Shown piece after piece: positions 8,950-17,878 of a stretch of 40,620 bases of DNA. Every line of letters begins with the position of its first letter. Position 1 is the first letter of the stretch. A model generated the notes under the pieces. It saw nothing but the letters and a program-made list of their open reading frames with translations, did not search any database and was not told where the DNA came from. The DNA is from a virus (taxonomy: Duplodnaviria; Heunggongvirae; Uroviricota; Caudoviricetes), in IMG/VR virus record IMGVR_UViG_2563366828_000005; one strand, given 5' to 3'. The position numbers were made by a program, and so were the translations under genes.

Positions 8950-9284
8950 ACAGTTTAACAACACACTACCGTCGCTCGCAACTGATTGCGCTTCCTGTAC
9001 CGGGTGGAAAAGCGAAGGTGGAATATTGCTATGCAGTGAATGTACCAGGTGACAGGGAAATTGTAACCCACAGCTTTGCTGAGTGGGCTGTGGGTGATTT
9101 CAACCGGCAGAAGGAGACAGTCCTTTGCGACAAGTTAACCGCTGGTTCAAAGATCACTACGGAGTGCCCGTCAGAGTCATTCGTTGGGAACCGGAAACAC
9201 AACGGGTTATCTACCTCCGCGAAGGCTATGAGCATGAATGCTTCAGTCCGCTCGAACAGTTTCGTCGTAAATTCAGGGAAATAG
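8946..9284 (+). CDS. Hypothetical protein, possibly frameshifted
   Basis: 112-aa ORF start-coupled to the upstream gene; C-terminal half is Ser-rich and odd while a different frame (9125-9304) reads as more typical protein. Confidence 0.3.
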   Translation: MNSLTTHYRRSQLIALPVPGGKAKVEYCYAVNVPGDREIVTHSFAEWAVGDFNRQKETVLCDKLTAGSKITTECPSESFVGNRKHNGLSTSAKAMSMNASVRSNSFVVNSGK

Positions 9285-9293
9285 AGGTCGGTC

Positions 9294-10235
9294 ATGAGCA
9301 CTAAATTAACCGGCTATGTATGGGATGGTTGCGCTGCGTCAGGCATGAAGTTATCCAGCGTGGCAATTATGGCCCGCCTGGCTGATTTCAGTAATGACGA
9401 AGGTGTGTGCTGGCCATCAATTGAAACCATTGCCCGCCAGATTGGCGCGGGGATGAGTACCGTCAGAACGGCTATCGCACGACTGGAAGCAGAAGGCTGG
9501 TTAACGCGTAAGGCGCGTCGCCAGGGTAACCGCAATGCGTCGAATGTTTATCAGCTTAACGTTGCGAAGCTTCAGGCAGCGGCATTTTCTCAACTGTCAG
9601 ATTCTGACCCGTCAAAATCTGACGCATCAAAATCTGACCCGTCAAAATTTGATGCGTCGAAATCTGGCAAAAAAGCGGGTTTTCACCCGTCAGAATCTGG
9701 CGGGGATCCGTCAGTAAAATCAAAACATGATCCGTCAGATAAAAAACCTTCTCGTCCGGACGCTTCGCAACCGGACACGCAGACGGCTGAACAGAATTTT
9801 TTAACTCGCCATCCTGATGCGGTTGTATTCAGCCCTAAAAAGCGCCAGTGGGGAACGCAGGATGATTTGACCTGCGCACAGTGGCTCTGGAAAAAAATCA
9901 TCGCCCTGTACGAGCAGGCCGCCGAATGTGACGGCGAGGTGGTACGTCCGAAAGAACCGAACTGGACAGCCTGGGCAAATGAAATTCGCCTGATGTGTGT
10001 ACAGGACGGTCGTACCCACAAACAAATCTGCGAGATGTACAACCGTGTCAGCCGCGACCCGTTCTGGTGCCGTAACGTGCTCAGCCCGTCGAAGCTGCGG
10101 GAAAAATGGGATGAACTTTCCCTGCGCTTATCGCCGTCCGTCAGCACGTACACAGAAAAACGCGAAGACCCGTACTTCAAAGCCAGTTACGACAATGTGG
10201 ACTACAGCCAGATCCCGGCAGGATTCAGGGGGTGA
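9294..10235 (+). CDS. Replication initiation protein (O-like, winged-helix N-terminus) containing the origin iterons
   Basis: 313-aa ORF; N-terminal HTH-like region; internal DNA direct repeats encode a reiterated DPSKSD peptide, as in lambda O with ori inside the gene. Confidence 0.55.
   Translation: MSTKLTGYVWDGCAASGMKLSSVAIMARLADFSNDEGVCWPSIETIARQIGAGMSTVRTAIARLEAEGWLTRKARRQGNRNASNVYQLNVAKLQAAAFSQLSDSDPSKSDASKSDPSKFDASKSGKKAGFHPSESGGDPSVKSKHDPSDKKPSRPDASQPDTQTAEQNFLTRHPDAVVFSPKKRQWGTQDDLTCAQWLWKKIIALYEQAAECDGEVVRPKEPNWTAWANEIRLMCVQDGRTHKQICEMYNRVSRDPFWCRNVLSPSKLREKWDELSLRLSPSVSTYTEKREDPYFKASYDNVDYSQIPAGFRG
9594..9740. repeat. Iteron-like direct repeats (putative origin of replication)
   Basis: At least six copies of CCGTCA(A/G)AATCTGA-like 12-14-bp units within the replication gene. 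Confidence 0.55.
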
Positions 10236-10720
10236 TCATGAGCCTTTTGAATGACGTTCAGAAATTCATTGAAGCCCATCCGGGGTGTACTTCCGGAGAC
10301 ATTGCGGATGCTTTTGCAGGTTACTCACGGCAGCGAGTTCTGCAGTCAGCAAGCAAGTTACGTCAGAGTGGGCGTGTGGCTCACCGTTGTGAAGAGGATA
10401 CACGCAGACATTTCCCGCGCCAGGCTGAGATATCGCAGGAGCCGGAACCAGTTTGTGAAACCAGACCTGTGCGCAATTTCTATGTCGGCACTAACGACCC
10501 CCGGGTGATTTTGTGCCTGACCCGCCAGGCTGAAGAACTGGAGTCCAGGGGCTTATTCCGTCGAGCTGCAACGGTGTGGATGGAGGCATTCCGTGAAAGC
10601 CACTCCCAGCCAGAACGAAACAATTTTCTGGCGCGTCGTGAGCGGTGCTTACGGAAAAGCAGCAAGCGCGCTGCATCGGGTGAAGAGTGGTATCTGTCAG
10701 GGAATTACGTGGGGGCTTAA
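10232..10720 (+). CDS. Hypothetical protein (162 aa) in the P position
   Basis: ORF coupled to the replication gene stop; no Walker motifs, so not an obvious DnaC/P-type loader. Confidence 0.4.
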   Translation: MIMSLLNDVQKFIEAHPGCTSGDIADAFAGYSRQRVLQSASKLRQSGRVAHRCEEDTRRHFPRQAEISQEPEPVCETRPVRNFYVGTNDPRVILCLTRQAEELESRGLFRRAATVWMEAFRESHSQPERNNFLARRERCLRKSSKRAASGEEWYLSGNYVGA

Positions 10721-11046
10721 TGACGACGTTAACTCAATGCCAGCAGCAGGTGCTGGATATGCTGATTTCTTACCAGAAAGAACGTGGCTTCCCGCCAACC
10801 AATCAGGAGGTGGCTACCATGCTGGGATACCGTTCAGTGAATGCAGCGGTGGAGCATCTTCGCGCACTGGAGAAAAAAGGCGTCATCACGATAAAGCGTG
10901 GCGTGGCCCGGGGCATCACGCTTCATACCGCGGTGAAGGACGACGATAGCGAGGCGGCCGGGATTATCCGCGCACTGCTTGCTGGTGAGGAAAACGCCAG
11001 GCCGCGTGCAGCCCACTGGTTACATGAGAGGGGGCTGAAAGTATGA
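10720..11046 (+). CDS. LexA-like N-terminal DNA-binding domain protein (winged helix only, no peptidase domain)
   Basis: 108 aa from MTTLTQCQQQVLDMLISYQKERGFPPTNQEVATMLGYRS, resembling the LexA DNA-binding domain; start overlaps the upstream stop. Confidence 0.5.
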   Translation: MTTLTQCQQQVLDMLISYQKERGFPPTNQEVATMLGYRSVNAAVEHLRALEKKGVITIKRGVARGITLHTAVKDDDSEAAGIIRALLAGEENARPRAAHWLHERGLKV

Positions 11047-11432
11047 AGCTGATTCTGCCTTTTCCACCCAGCGTGAACACCTACTGGCGACACCCCAACA
11101 AAGGGGCATTTGCTGGTAAGAGCCTGATAAGCGCGGCGGGGCGAAAATTCCAGAGTGCGGCGTGCACAGCAATAGTTGAGCAGTTACGTCGTCTGCCGAA
11201 ACCAACGTCGGCACCTGCTTCAGTGGAGATCGTGTTGTTTCCTCCGGATAACCGGATCCGCGATCTGGACAACTATAACAAGGCGCTGTTTGACGCCCTG
11301 ACCCACGCGGGTGTGTGGGAAGACGACAGCCAGGTGAAAAGAATGCTGGTTGAGTGGGGACCGGTTATCCCGAAAGGGAAGGTCGAGATCACTATCAGTA
11401 AGTACGAGAAAACGGCGGGTGCAGCCGCCTGA
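11043..11432 (+). CDS. rusA: Holliday junction resolvase RusA
   Basis: 129-aa ORF MKLILPFPPSVNTYWRH, DxDN motif, typical nin-region position. Confidence 0.8.
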   Translation: MKLILPFPPSVNTYWRHPNKGAFAGKSLISAAGRKFQSAACTAIVEQLRRLPKPTSAPASVEIVLFPPDNRIRDLDNYNKALFDALTHAGVWEDDSQVKRMLVEWGPVIPKGKVEITISKYEKTAGAAA

Positions 11433-11451
11433 TCAAGAGGAGAAACGAAGT

Positions 11452-12261
11452 ATGAATAATCTGATGGTCATTGATGGTATTGAAGTTCGTCGTGATGCTT
11501 ATGGGCGTTACAGCCTGAACGATCTGCATCGCGCAGCAGTAGCATCTGGTGCAAATGCCAGAACCAAGGAGCCAGGAAAGTTTCTTTCCAGCCAACAAAC
11601 TGTTGAGCTTGTTCATGAATTGACCAACACCCAGAATTTGGGTGTTGACCCGGTGAGTGTGATTCATGGGGGAAATGAACGGGGAACGTATGTCTGCAAG
11701 GAACTGGTGTATGCCTATGCAATGTGGATCAGTCCGTCATTCCATCTGAAGGTGATCCGTACTTTCGATATGATAACCAGCACACTGGAAAAATTATCCG
11801 GGCAGGCTGCTGACAAGATGCAGGCTGGCGTGATCCTGCTGGACTTTATGCGCCGGGAGTTAAACCTGTCTAACTCTTCAGTGCTTGGTGCCTGTCAGAA
11901 ACTCCAGGAGGCTGTTGGCTTACCGAATCTGGCACCGCGCTATGCCATTGATGCTCCTGCTGATGCACACGATGGCTCAAGTCGCCCGACACTGTCACTG
12001 AGTGCACTGTTGAAACAGTATGGTATCCGCCTGACGGCTAATCAGGCATATCACCAGATGGTGAAGCTGGGGATCGTCGAGCAGCGCGAACGATACAGCC
12101 GTACCGCGATTAACAACATCAAAAAATTCTGGTCGCTGACAGCGAAAGGCTGCATGTTCGGCAAGAACATCACCAGTCCCGCAAATCCGCGCGAGACGCA
12201 GCCACACTTCTTCGAATCCCGATTCCCTGAGCTGTTAAAGCTGCTCGATACCGTTCATTGA
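11452..12261 (+). CDS. KilA-N domain protein
   Basis: 269 aa from MNNLMVIDGIEVRRDAYGRYSLNDLHRAA with AGAGGAG upstream; the longer ORF in the track overlaps rusA and is probably an extension. Confidence 0.5.
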   Translation: MNNLMVIDGIEVRRDAYGRYSLNDLHRAAVASGANARTKEPGKFLSSQQTVELVHELTNTQNLGVDPVSVIHGGNERGTYVCKELVYAYAMWISPSFHLKVIRTFDMITSTLEKLSGQAADKMQAGVILLDFMRRELNLSNSSVLGACQKLQEAVGLPNLAPRYAIDAPADAHDGSSRPTLSLSALLKQYGIRLTANQAYHQMVKLGIVEQRERYSRTAINNIKKFWSLTAKGCMFGKNITSPANPRETQPHFFESRFPELLKLLDTVH

Positions 12262-12262
12262 G

Positions 12263-13258
12263 GTGACCGTGAGAGCACTACTGACCCCTGAAATTGCCCC
12301 GCGTATGGGGATCGTATTGTTCAGACCCGGTTCAGAGCTGATGCCCCTGTTTATGCAGGGGCGTGTCCTGCTGGAGCCTGAGCCGGAGCGTTATTCATCT
12401 TTCGCCAGTGGTGCCGTTCCGGCGGTATCACAACCGCTGGCGGATGATCCTGCCGTTCGGGCCGTGTTCCGCAATGAGGCAGTGATCCGTCGTGCTGGTG
12501 GCGTGGAATGTCTTGAAAGCTGGTTACTTCGTGAAAAAGGCTGCCAGTGGCCTCATTCCGACTGGCACAGCGAGAACATGACCACAATGCGACACGCGCC
12601 GGGTGCAATCCGTCTGTGCTGGCACTGTGATAACCAGCTGCGCGATCAGTTCACGGAACGGCTGGAATCAATGGCAACGGATAACTGTGCCCGCTGGGTG
12701 TTGTCTGTTGTGCGTCGGGATCTCGGTTTTGATGACAGTCACGTTGTGACAATGCCGGAACTGTGCTGGTGGCTGATTCGTAATGACCTGGCGGATGCCT
12801 TACCGGAAAGTGCAGCCTGTAAGGCACTGAGATTACCGAAGCCTGTTGTGCCGTCTGTCACCCGGGAAAGTGACCTTGTTCCTTCGGTTCCTGCCACCAG
12901 CATCATCCAGGATAAAGCGAAAAAGGTGCTGGCGCTGAAAGTGGATCCGGAGTCGCCGGAGTCTTTTATGTTACGCCCAAAACGTCGCCGCTGGGTTAAT
13001 GAAAAGTACACGCGCTGGGTTAAGACGCAGCCGTGTGCATGTTGTGGAAAGCCTGCTGATGATCCCCACCATCTGATAGGCCACGGTCAGGGGGGAATGG
13101 GTACAAAAGCGCATGATCTCTTTGTGTTGCCTTTGTGCAGAAAGCATCACGACGAGCTGCATGCGGATACCATGGCATTTGAAGAGAAGTATGGCTCCCA
13201 GCTGGAGTTGATATTTCGTTTTATCGATCGTGCGCTGGCAATTGGTGTGCTGGCCTGA
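12263..13258 (+). CDS. DUF968 (YdfU-like) nin-region protein with C-terminal HNH-like Cys/His motif
   Basis: 331-aa ORF with GTG start; C-terminal CACCGKPADDPHHLIGHGQGG...CRKHHDELH. Confidence 0.5.
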   Translation: MTVRALLTPEIAPRMGIVLFRPGSELMPLFMQGRVLLEPEPERYSSFASGAVPAVSQPLADDPAVRAVFRNEAVIRRAGGVECLESWLLREKGCQWPHSDWHSENMTTMRHAPGAIRLCWHCDNQLRDQFTERLESMATDNCARWVLSVVRRDLGFDDSHVVTMPELCWWLIRNDLADALPESAACKALRLPKPVVPSVTRESDLVPSVPATSIIQDKAKKVLALKVDPESPESFMLRPKRRRWVNEKYTRWVKTQPCACCGKPADDPHHLIGHGQGGMGTKAHDLFVLPLCRKHHDELHADTMAFEEKYGSQLELIFRFIDRALAIGVLA

Positions 13259-13275
13259 TTTTGTGGAGAAAGTTG

Positions 13276-13632
13276 ATGCGTGATATGTATGAAGTAATGG
13301 ATCGTTGGGGAGCTTGGGCTGCTTCAGACAATAGCGGAGTGGACTGGCAGCCGATAGCGGCTGGTTTCAAGGGACTTTTACCTCATGGCAAAAAGTCACG
13401 GATTCAGTGTGATGATGACGAAGGCATCATGATAGACAGTTGTGTGGCTCGGTTGAGAAGGTATAAACCAGAGGAATATGAGCTCATCATCGCCCACTTT
13501 GTTATCGGTATCTCATTACGCACTATTGCGAAGAAGAGAAAATGCTCTGATGGCACAATTAGGAAGGAACTGCAAACTGCAATGGGGTTTGTTGACGGCT
13601 GTTTAGCAATGTTAGCTTATAGTATGGCATAA
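13276..13632 (+). CDS. Q: Late-gene antiterminator Q (phage 21/82 type)
   Basis: 118 aa from MRDMYEVMDRWGAWAASDNSGVDWQPIAAGFKGL, recalled as phage-21-type Q; GGAG 8 nt upstream. Confidence 0.75.
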   Translation: MRDMYEVMDRWGAWAASDNSGVDWQPIAAGFKGLLPHGKKSRIQCDDDEGIMIDSCVARLRRYKPEEYELIIAHFVIGISLRTIAKKRKCSDGTIRKELQTAMGFVDGCLAMLAYSMA

Positions 13633-14102
13633 AAAATAAAATAGATTTACTGCCGATTTTTCAAAAAAGACTGGGAACTGTTTATATCCAACGTAAATAA
13701 GGCCTCCATAAAACATGGCTGATGCGAGATATTTAACAGTTCTCATCCTTTTTTTAGCTTTATCAATCAAACCTGTAATGCTACTCTTAATACTATCTGC
13801 ATTATCTTTGATTTCTTTATTTTCTTCAAACTTTAAATACTTATCGAAAGCGGACTCCACTCGAGAACGTAAGTTGTCGAATGTTTCATTGAATATCTCA
13901 ATAGAAATGTAATTGACTTTTTTTATCATCCAAAGTCCTGCGATAATCAATATTGCCTCGGTTGTTTCATTAGCCTTCACTAAGCCACCAGCAGCTATTA
14001 ATGCACCGGGAATAGTCAATGCTTTTGTCTGATTAGATGATATGAATGGTGATGCTGCCAACTTACTGATTTAGTGTATGATGGTGTTTTTGAGGTGCTC
14101 CA

Positions 14103-14378
14103 GTGGCTTCTGTTTCTATCAGCTGTCCCTCCTGTTCAGCTACTGACGGGGTGGTGCGTAACGGCAAAAGCACCGCCGGACATCAGCGCTATCTCTGCTC
14201 TCACTGCCGTAAAACATGGCAACTGCAGTTCACTTACACCGCTTCTCAACCCGGTACGCACCAGAAAATCATTGATATGGCCATGAATGGCGTTGGATGC
14301 CGGGCAACCGCCCGCATTATGGGCGTTGGCCTCAACACGATTTTCCGCCATTTAAAAAACTCAGGCCGCAGTCGGTAA
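14103..14378 (+). CDS. insA: IS1 InsA
   Basis: 91-aa ORF with zinc-finger motif CPSC...CSHC, matches IS1 InsA. Confidence 0.95.
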   Translation: MASVSISCPSCSATDGVVRNGKSTAGHQRYLCSHCRKTWQLQFTYTASQPGTHQKIIDMAMNGVGCRATARIMGVGLNTIFRHLKNSGRSR

Positions 14379-14800
14379 CCTCGCGCATACAGCCGGGCAG
14401 TGACGTCATCGTCTGCGCGGAAATGGACGAACAGTGGGGATACGTCGGGGCTAAATCGCGCCAGCGCTGGCTGTTTTACGCGTATGACAGGCTCCGGAAG
14501 ACGGTTGTTGCGCACGTATTCGGTGAACGCACTCTGGCCACACTGGAGCGTCTTCTAAGCCTGCTGTCGGCCTTTGAGGTCGTGGTATGGATGACGGATG
14601 GCTGGCCGCTGTATGAATCCCGCCTGAAGGGAAAGCTGCACGTAATCAGCAAGCGTTACACTCAGCGAATTGAGCGGCATAACCTGAATCTGAGACAACA
14701 TCTGGCAAGGCTGGGACGGAAGTCACTGTCGTTCTCAAAATCGGTGGAGCTGCATGACAAGGTCATCGGGCATTATCTGAACATAAAACACTATCAGTAA
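14297..14800 (+). CDS. insB: IS1 InsB (normally expressed as InsAB' fusion via -1 frameshift)
   Basis: 167-aa ORF matching IS1 InsB, overlapping insA in the -1 frame. Confidence 0.9.
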   Translation: MPGNRPHYGRWPQHDFPPFKKLRPQSVTSRIQPGSDVIVCAEMDEQWGYVGAKSRQRWLFYAYDRLRKTVVAHVFGERTLATLERLLSLLSAFEVVVWMTDGWPLYESRLKGKLHVISKRYTQRIERHNLNLRQHLARLGRKSLSFSKSVELHDKVIGHYLNIKHYQ

Positions 14801-15604
14801 GTTGGAGTCATTACCATATGAATTCGTTAATTTTACTCGTGAACTCAAGATTTTTCTCATCGAGTTCGTTAAGAATTTTATTTACAGAAAACCTCTTTGT
14901 GTAAATCTCATATAGTTCATCATATTTTTTCCTGACGAGTTCAGTAGAGTTAAGCAAGTCAAAGAAATTGAACGTACCATTTGCTTTAAATACTTCGTTT
15001 ATGGCTGAGCGTATAACGAGCTTGCGCTCGCTTTTGTGTAAATCATTGATTTTTATTGTGTCGAGAAGCTCCTTTATAATTTCATATTTAAGAGACGAGT
15101 TCGATAAGCGATTAATCTCGCTATATTGTAAAAAATGCGTGAGTTCGACTGTATAACTTTTGTCTTCATTGGTGAAAAATAAGACAGAGCAGTCACTGTT
15201 ATGATGATCAGCAATTAATGAAAGGATATCTTTCCACATAAAGAAAATATGGATTTTTTCGATGCTTTCATTCTTAGAAGTAGGGAGTATTAACGGCGTT
15301 CCGATGATATAATTTTTCGGAAGAGCGTTTTGGGTGTTTACTCTAGACCAAAAAGACTCAACATTCTCATAAATTATAGCGTCATCCCAAGATGAAGCTT
15401 GGCGATCTAGCCAAATTTCATTATTTTCGATGCAGGTTGTTGCCTTTTTATAACCTATAGATTGTAACAGTCTAATTATTTCAGAACTATTTACAATAAC
15501 AATGCTTTCTTCAAGACTTATGACAGTGTAGTAGCCCTCAACTCTGCTTGAGGCTCCGTTAATAATCTGCGCTAATCTTGATAAGTCATCAGCAATTGTC
15601 ATTA

Positions 15605-16780
15605 TTAGCTGTCTCTATATCTTTTGAGTTCATCATAATTTGCCTGACTCAATTTTATCACAATTTCGCATTTGTTGTCAGTGAGAATTACAGGCTTATT
15701 TGACTTTTCGTCTCCAATAGCTCCACGCATTATTTTCAACTTAAAATTATTGTCGTTATCTGCCACTTCAATTGTAAGCGCGCTTTCAGCTGCTTTAGGA
15801 GTTGGTTCAAATTGAGGGTCAATCTGGAAACCATTAAGATTAACAAAATCGACAAACGTTCCCTTACATTTGTGTGAATCAGTCAGGCATGAGTCAATTA
15901 TTTTTGAAATATCCTCTATCTTAACGGACTTATTTCCGTGTTTATCTTTTGATTTTTTTTCCAGTAAGGATTTAACTTCGTTGTCAATAGTATCACGCAG
16001 TACACGACCGAGTGAGTTTTTACTAGCAAAAATATCTATAGCACTGAATAATTGCTGAATGCTTCTTTTATTGTCCGAATCATGTCGGCAACCTAATGAG
16101 TCTTTGAAAAAATCGCTTTTAGATTTACCTTGCAAGAAATGTACATATGAGTCACCCTTGTTTTCTGGATAACTGGCTTCGAATAAAGTTAAATCGAACA
16201 TCGCAGCCTGCCGTAAGGCATCGGTATTAATTGGATTTAATCTTGTTGGGGTCAACTTATCCGAATCAAAGTCATAGGCGCTTTGTTTATCAACCATTAC
16301 GATTAGAAGTTTCCCCAAATCCTCTGGTTCGGTAGACTTATAGTGGATGAAAACAACGCTCCCCCCCTGAAGTTGGGCAACTCTCGATTCGTTATTAGCA
16401 TTATGTTTAAGCTTCTCTATTATAGCTCTAGATAAATCAATGAATTCATTATTTTTATTAATGTATTTTTTTAGGATCGTAGGAATGGATGAAGGGTTGT
16501 GATCTGAGTCTAGGAAGTTATGAAATTTGTTTTTTCGGCTAAATTTTTTCTCAATTCTGGTTATGAATTCAGATGTGACTTCATTTTTTAGATCCCAAAC
16601 TTCACCTAATCGATAATCAAATGCTCTTGAATCATTTTTTTCAAGATTTGCTGTTACAGCACCAATAGGAAAGTACGATTGTTTGCCCAGCACTACAACA
16701 TGAGGCGTGGCACCGCATTTATCGCAAGCTACAGTTGGGTCGTCAAGAACATTGCCACATTCTAAACAAGTTATATCCAT
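15605..16780 (-). CDS. Hypothetical 391-aa protein with N-terminal zinc ribbon; first gene of the two-gene cassette
   Basis: AT-rich ORF; CLECG...CDKCG at residues 5-22; stop is 2 nt from the start of the downstream IS1-disrupted gene. Confidence 0.6.
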   Translation of the reverse strand: MDITCLECGNVLDDPTVACDKCGATPHVVVLGKQSYFPIGAVTANLEKNDSRAFDYRLGEVWDLKNEVTSEFITRIEKKFSRKNKFHNFLDSDHNPSSIPTILKKYINKNNEFIDLSRAIIEKLKHNANNESRVAQLQGGSVVFIHYKSTEPEDLGKLLIVMVDKQSAYDFDSDKLTPTRLNPINTDALRQAAMFDLTLFEASYPENKGDSYVHFLQGKSKSDFFKDSLGCRHDSDNKRSIQQLFSAIDIFASKNSLGRVLRDTIDNEVKSLLEKKSKDKHGNKSVKIEDISKIIDSCLTDSHKCKGTFVDFVNLNGFQIDPQFEPTPKAAESALTIEVADNDNNFKLKIMRGAIGDEKSNKPVILTDNKCEIVIKLSQANYDELKRYRDS

Positions 16781-16897
16781 TATATATCCCGAATTATAAG
16801 AATGAATTTTTATGTGGCTGAAAATTCTATCAAAACACTAACGCGTACGCAAAAAGTATTGTATTGTGTTAAGAGTGGTTACTTCGCCACACAGCTT

Positions 16898-16929
16898 AAA
16901 CCCGCCGTCGAGCGGGTTTTGTCGTTTCT
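16898..16929 (+). terminator. Hairpin plus T-rich tract upstream of the lysis cassette (possible tR'-type terminator)
   Basis: AAACCCGC / GCGGGTTT stem followed by TGTCGTTTCT in the 291-bp intergenic region before the holin gene. Confidence 0.35.
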
Positions 16930-17071
16930 GGGCCTGGGGATTCGTTGGGCCTAGTCTATCCCGCAGTTATCCATTGGCTCGGCTTCTTTGACGTTTCCGC
17001 TTCTGATTTGCGGTACATGATGTTTCCTCAATTTGCACCTGCTGTATCAGCGAGGTGAGAGATAACTACAA

Positions 17072-17398
17072 ATGCCTCATAACCCAAATACTTGGCTGGA
17101 GTTGGTCCAGAGCTGGTGGCGTGGAGACACACCGCTGGGCGCAGTGATTATGTCGATCGTTATGGCTGGCTTGCGCATTGCCTATTTTGGCGGTGGTGGT
17201 GGCTGGAAGAGAAAAACGCTCGAGATTTTGCTCTGTGGCGCTCTGACGCTGACCTTTGCATCCGCTCTTGAATATGTCGGATGGCCTAAATCGCTTTCTG
17301 TTGCCATTGGTGGTGGCGTGGGGCTGATCGGTGTCGATGCTATTCGTGGGGCTGCAATGCGAGTAATCGGTAACAAATTTGGTAGCTCGAAGGAGTAA
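17072..17398 (+). CDS. Holin (three predicted TM segments)
   Basis: 108-aa ORF directly upstream of the endolysin with three hydrophobic segments and a charged C-terminus. Confidence 0.6.
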   Translation: MPHNPNTWLELVQSWWRGDTPLGAVIMSIVMAGLRIAYFGGGGGWKRKTLEILLCGALTLTFASALEYVGWPKSLSVAIGGGVGLIGVDAIRGAAMRVIGNKFGSSKE

Positions 17399-17401
17399 TT
17401 T

Positions 17402-17878
17402 ATGCAGGCACTAAATTCCCAGCGTAAAGCTTTCCTGGATATGGTGGCATGGTCAGAAGGAACGGATAACGGGCGACAACCGACACGTAACCACGGTTAT
17501 GATGTTATTGTTGGTGGCGAACTGTTCACTGATTACTCCGATCACCCTCGCAAACTTGTCACGCTAAACCCCAAACTCAAATCAACAGCTGCCGGACGTT
17601 ACCAGCTTCTTTCACGCTGGTGGGATGCTTACCGTAAACAGCTTGGCCTGAAAGATTTTTCTCCAGAAAGCCAGGACGCTGTAGCTCTGCAGCAGATTAA
17701 AGAGCGTGGTGCTTTACCGATGATTGACCGCGGCAGTATTCGTCAGGCAATCGACCGTTGCAGCAATATCTGGGCGTCGTTACCTGGTGCAGGTTACGGT
17801 CAGTATGAACATAAAATCGGTGACCTGATTGCCCGATTTAAAAAAGCTGGTGGGGTAGTAAATGAAGCTGAGATATAA
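17402..17878 (+). CDS. R: Endolysin, lambda R-type lytic transglycosylase
   Basis: 158-aa product with QRKAFLDMVAWSEGTDNGRQPTRNHGYDVIVGGELFTDYSDHPRKLVTLNPKLKST, near-identical to lambda R as recalled. Confidence 0.9.
   Translation: MQALNSQRKAFLDMVAWSEGTDNGRQPTRNHGYDVIVGGELFTDYSDHPRKLVTLNPKLKSTAAGRYQLLSRWWDAYRKQLGLKDFSPESQDAVALQQIKERGALPMIDRGSIRQAIDRCSNIWASLPGAGYGQYEHKIGDLIARFKKAGGVVNEAEI

Larger units (their letters stand above)
14048..14815 (+). mobile_element. IS1: IS1 insertion sequence (768 bp) with 8-bp target-site duplication ATATGAAT
   Basis: Left end GGTGATGCTGCCAACTTACTGAT, right end ATCAGTAAGTTGGAGTCATTACC; insA and insB inside; ATATGAAT at 14040-14047 and 14816-14823. Confidence 0.95.
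13612..15602 (-). pseudogene. IS1-interrupted gene for a ~404-aa protein (soluble N-terminal region, C-terminal hydrophobic helices); second gene of the two-gene cassette
   Basis: Minus ORFs 14811-15602 and 13612-14061 are in one frame once IS1 and one copy of the 8-bp duplication are removed; the insertion leaves a 263-aa product ending IW-stop inside IS1. Confidence 0.7.

Noticed and set aside
9594-9740. CRISPR array
   Set aside because: The repeats are short, imperfect and lie inside a reading frame; no spacer regularity or cas genes. Better explained as origin iterons.
15605-16780. Assigning the 391-aa cassette protein to the NdpA/YejK nucleoid-associated family
   Set aside because: A faint motif resemblance (GGSVVFIHY...LLIVMVD) recalled from memory is too weak to report without a profile search.
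13633-17071. Shiga toxin or other known toxin cargo at the Q-lysis junction
   Set aside because: Neither cassette protein resembles StxA or StxB in size or sequence; there is no A/B subunit pair.
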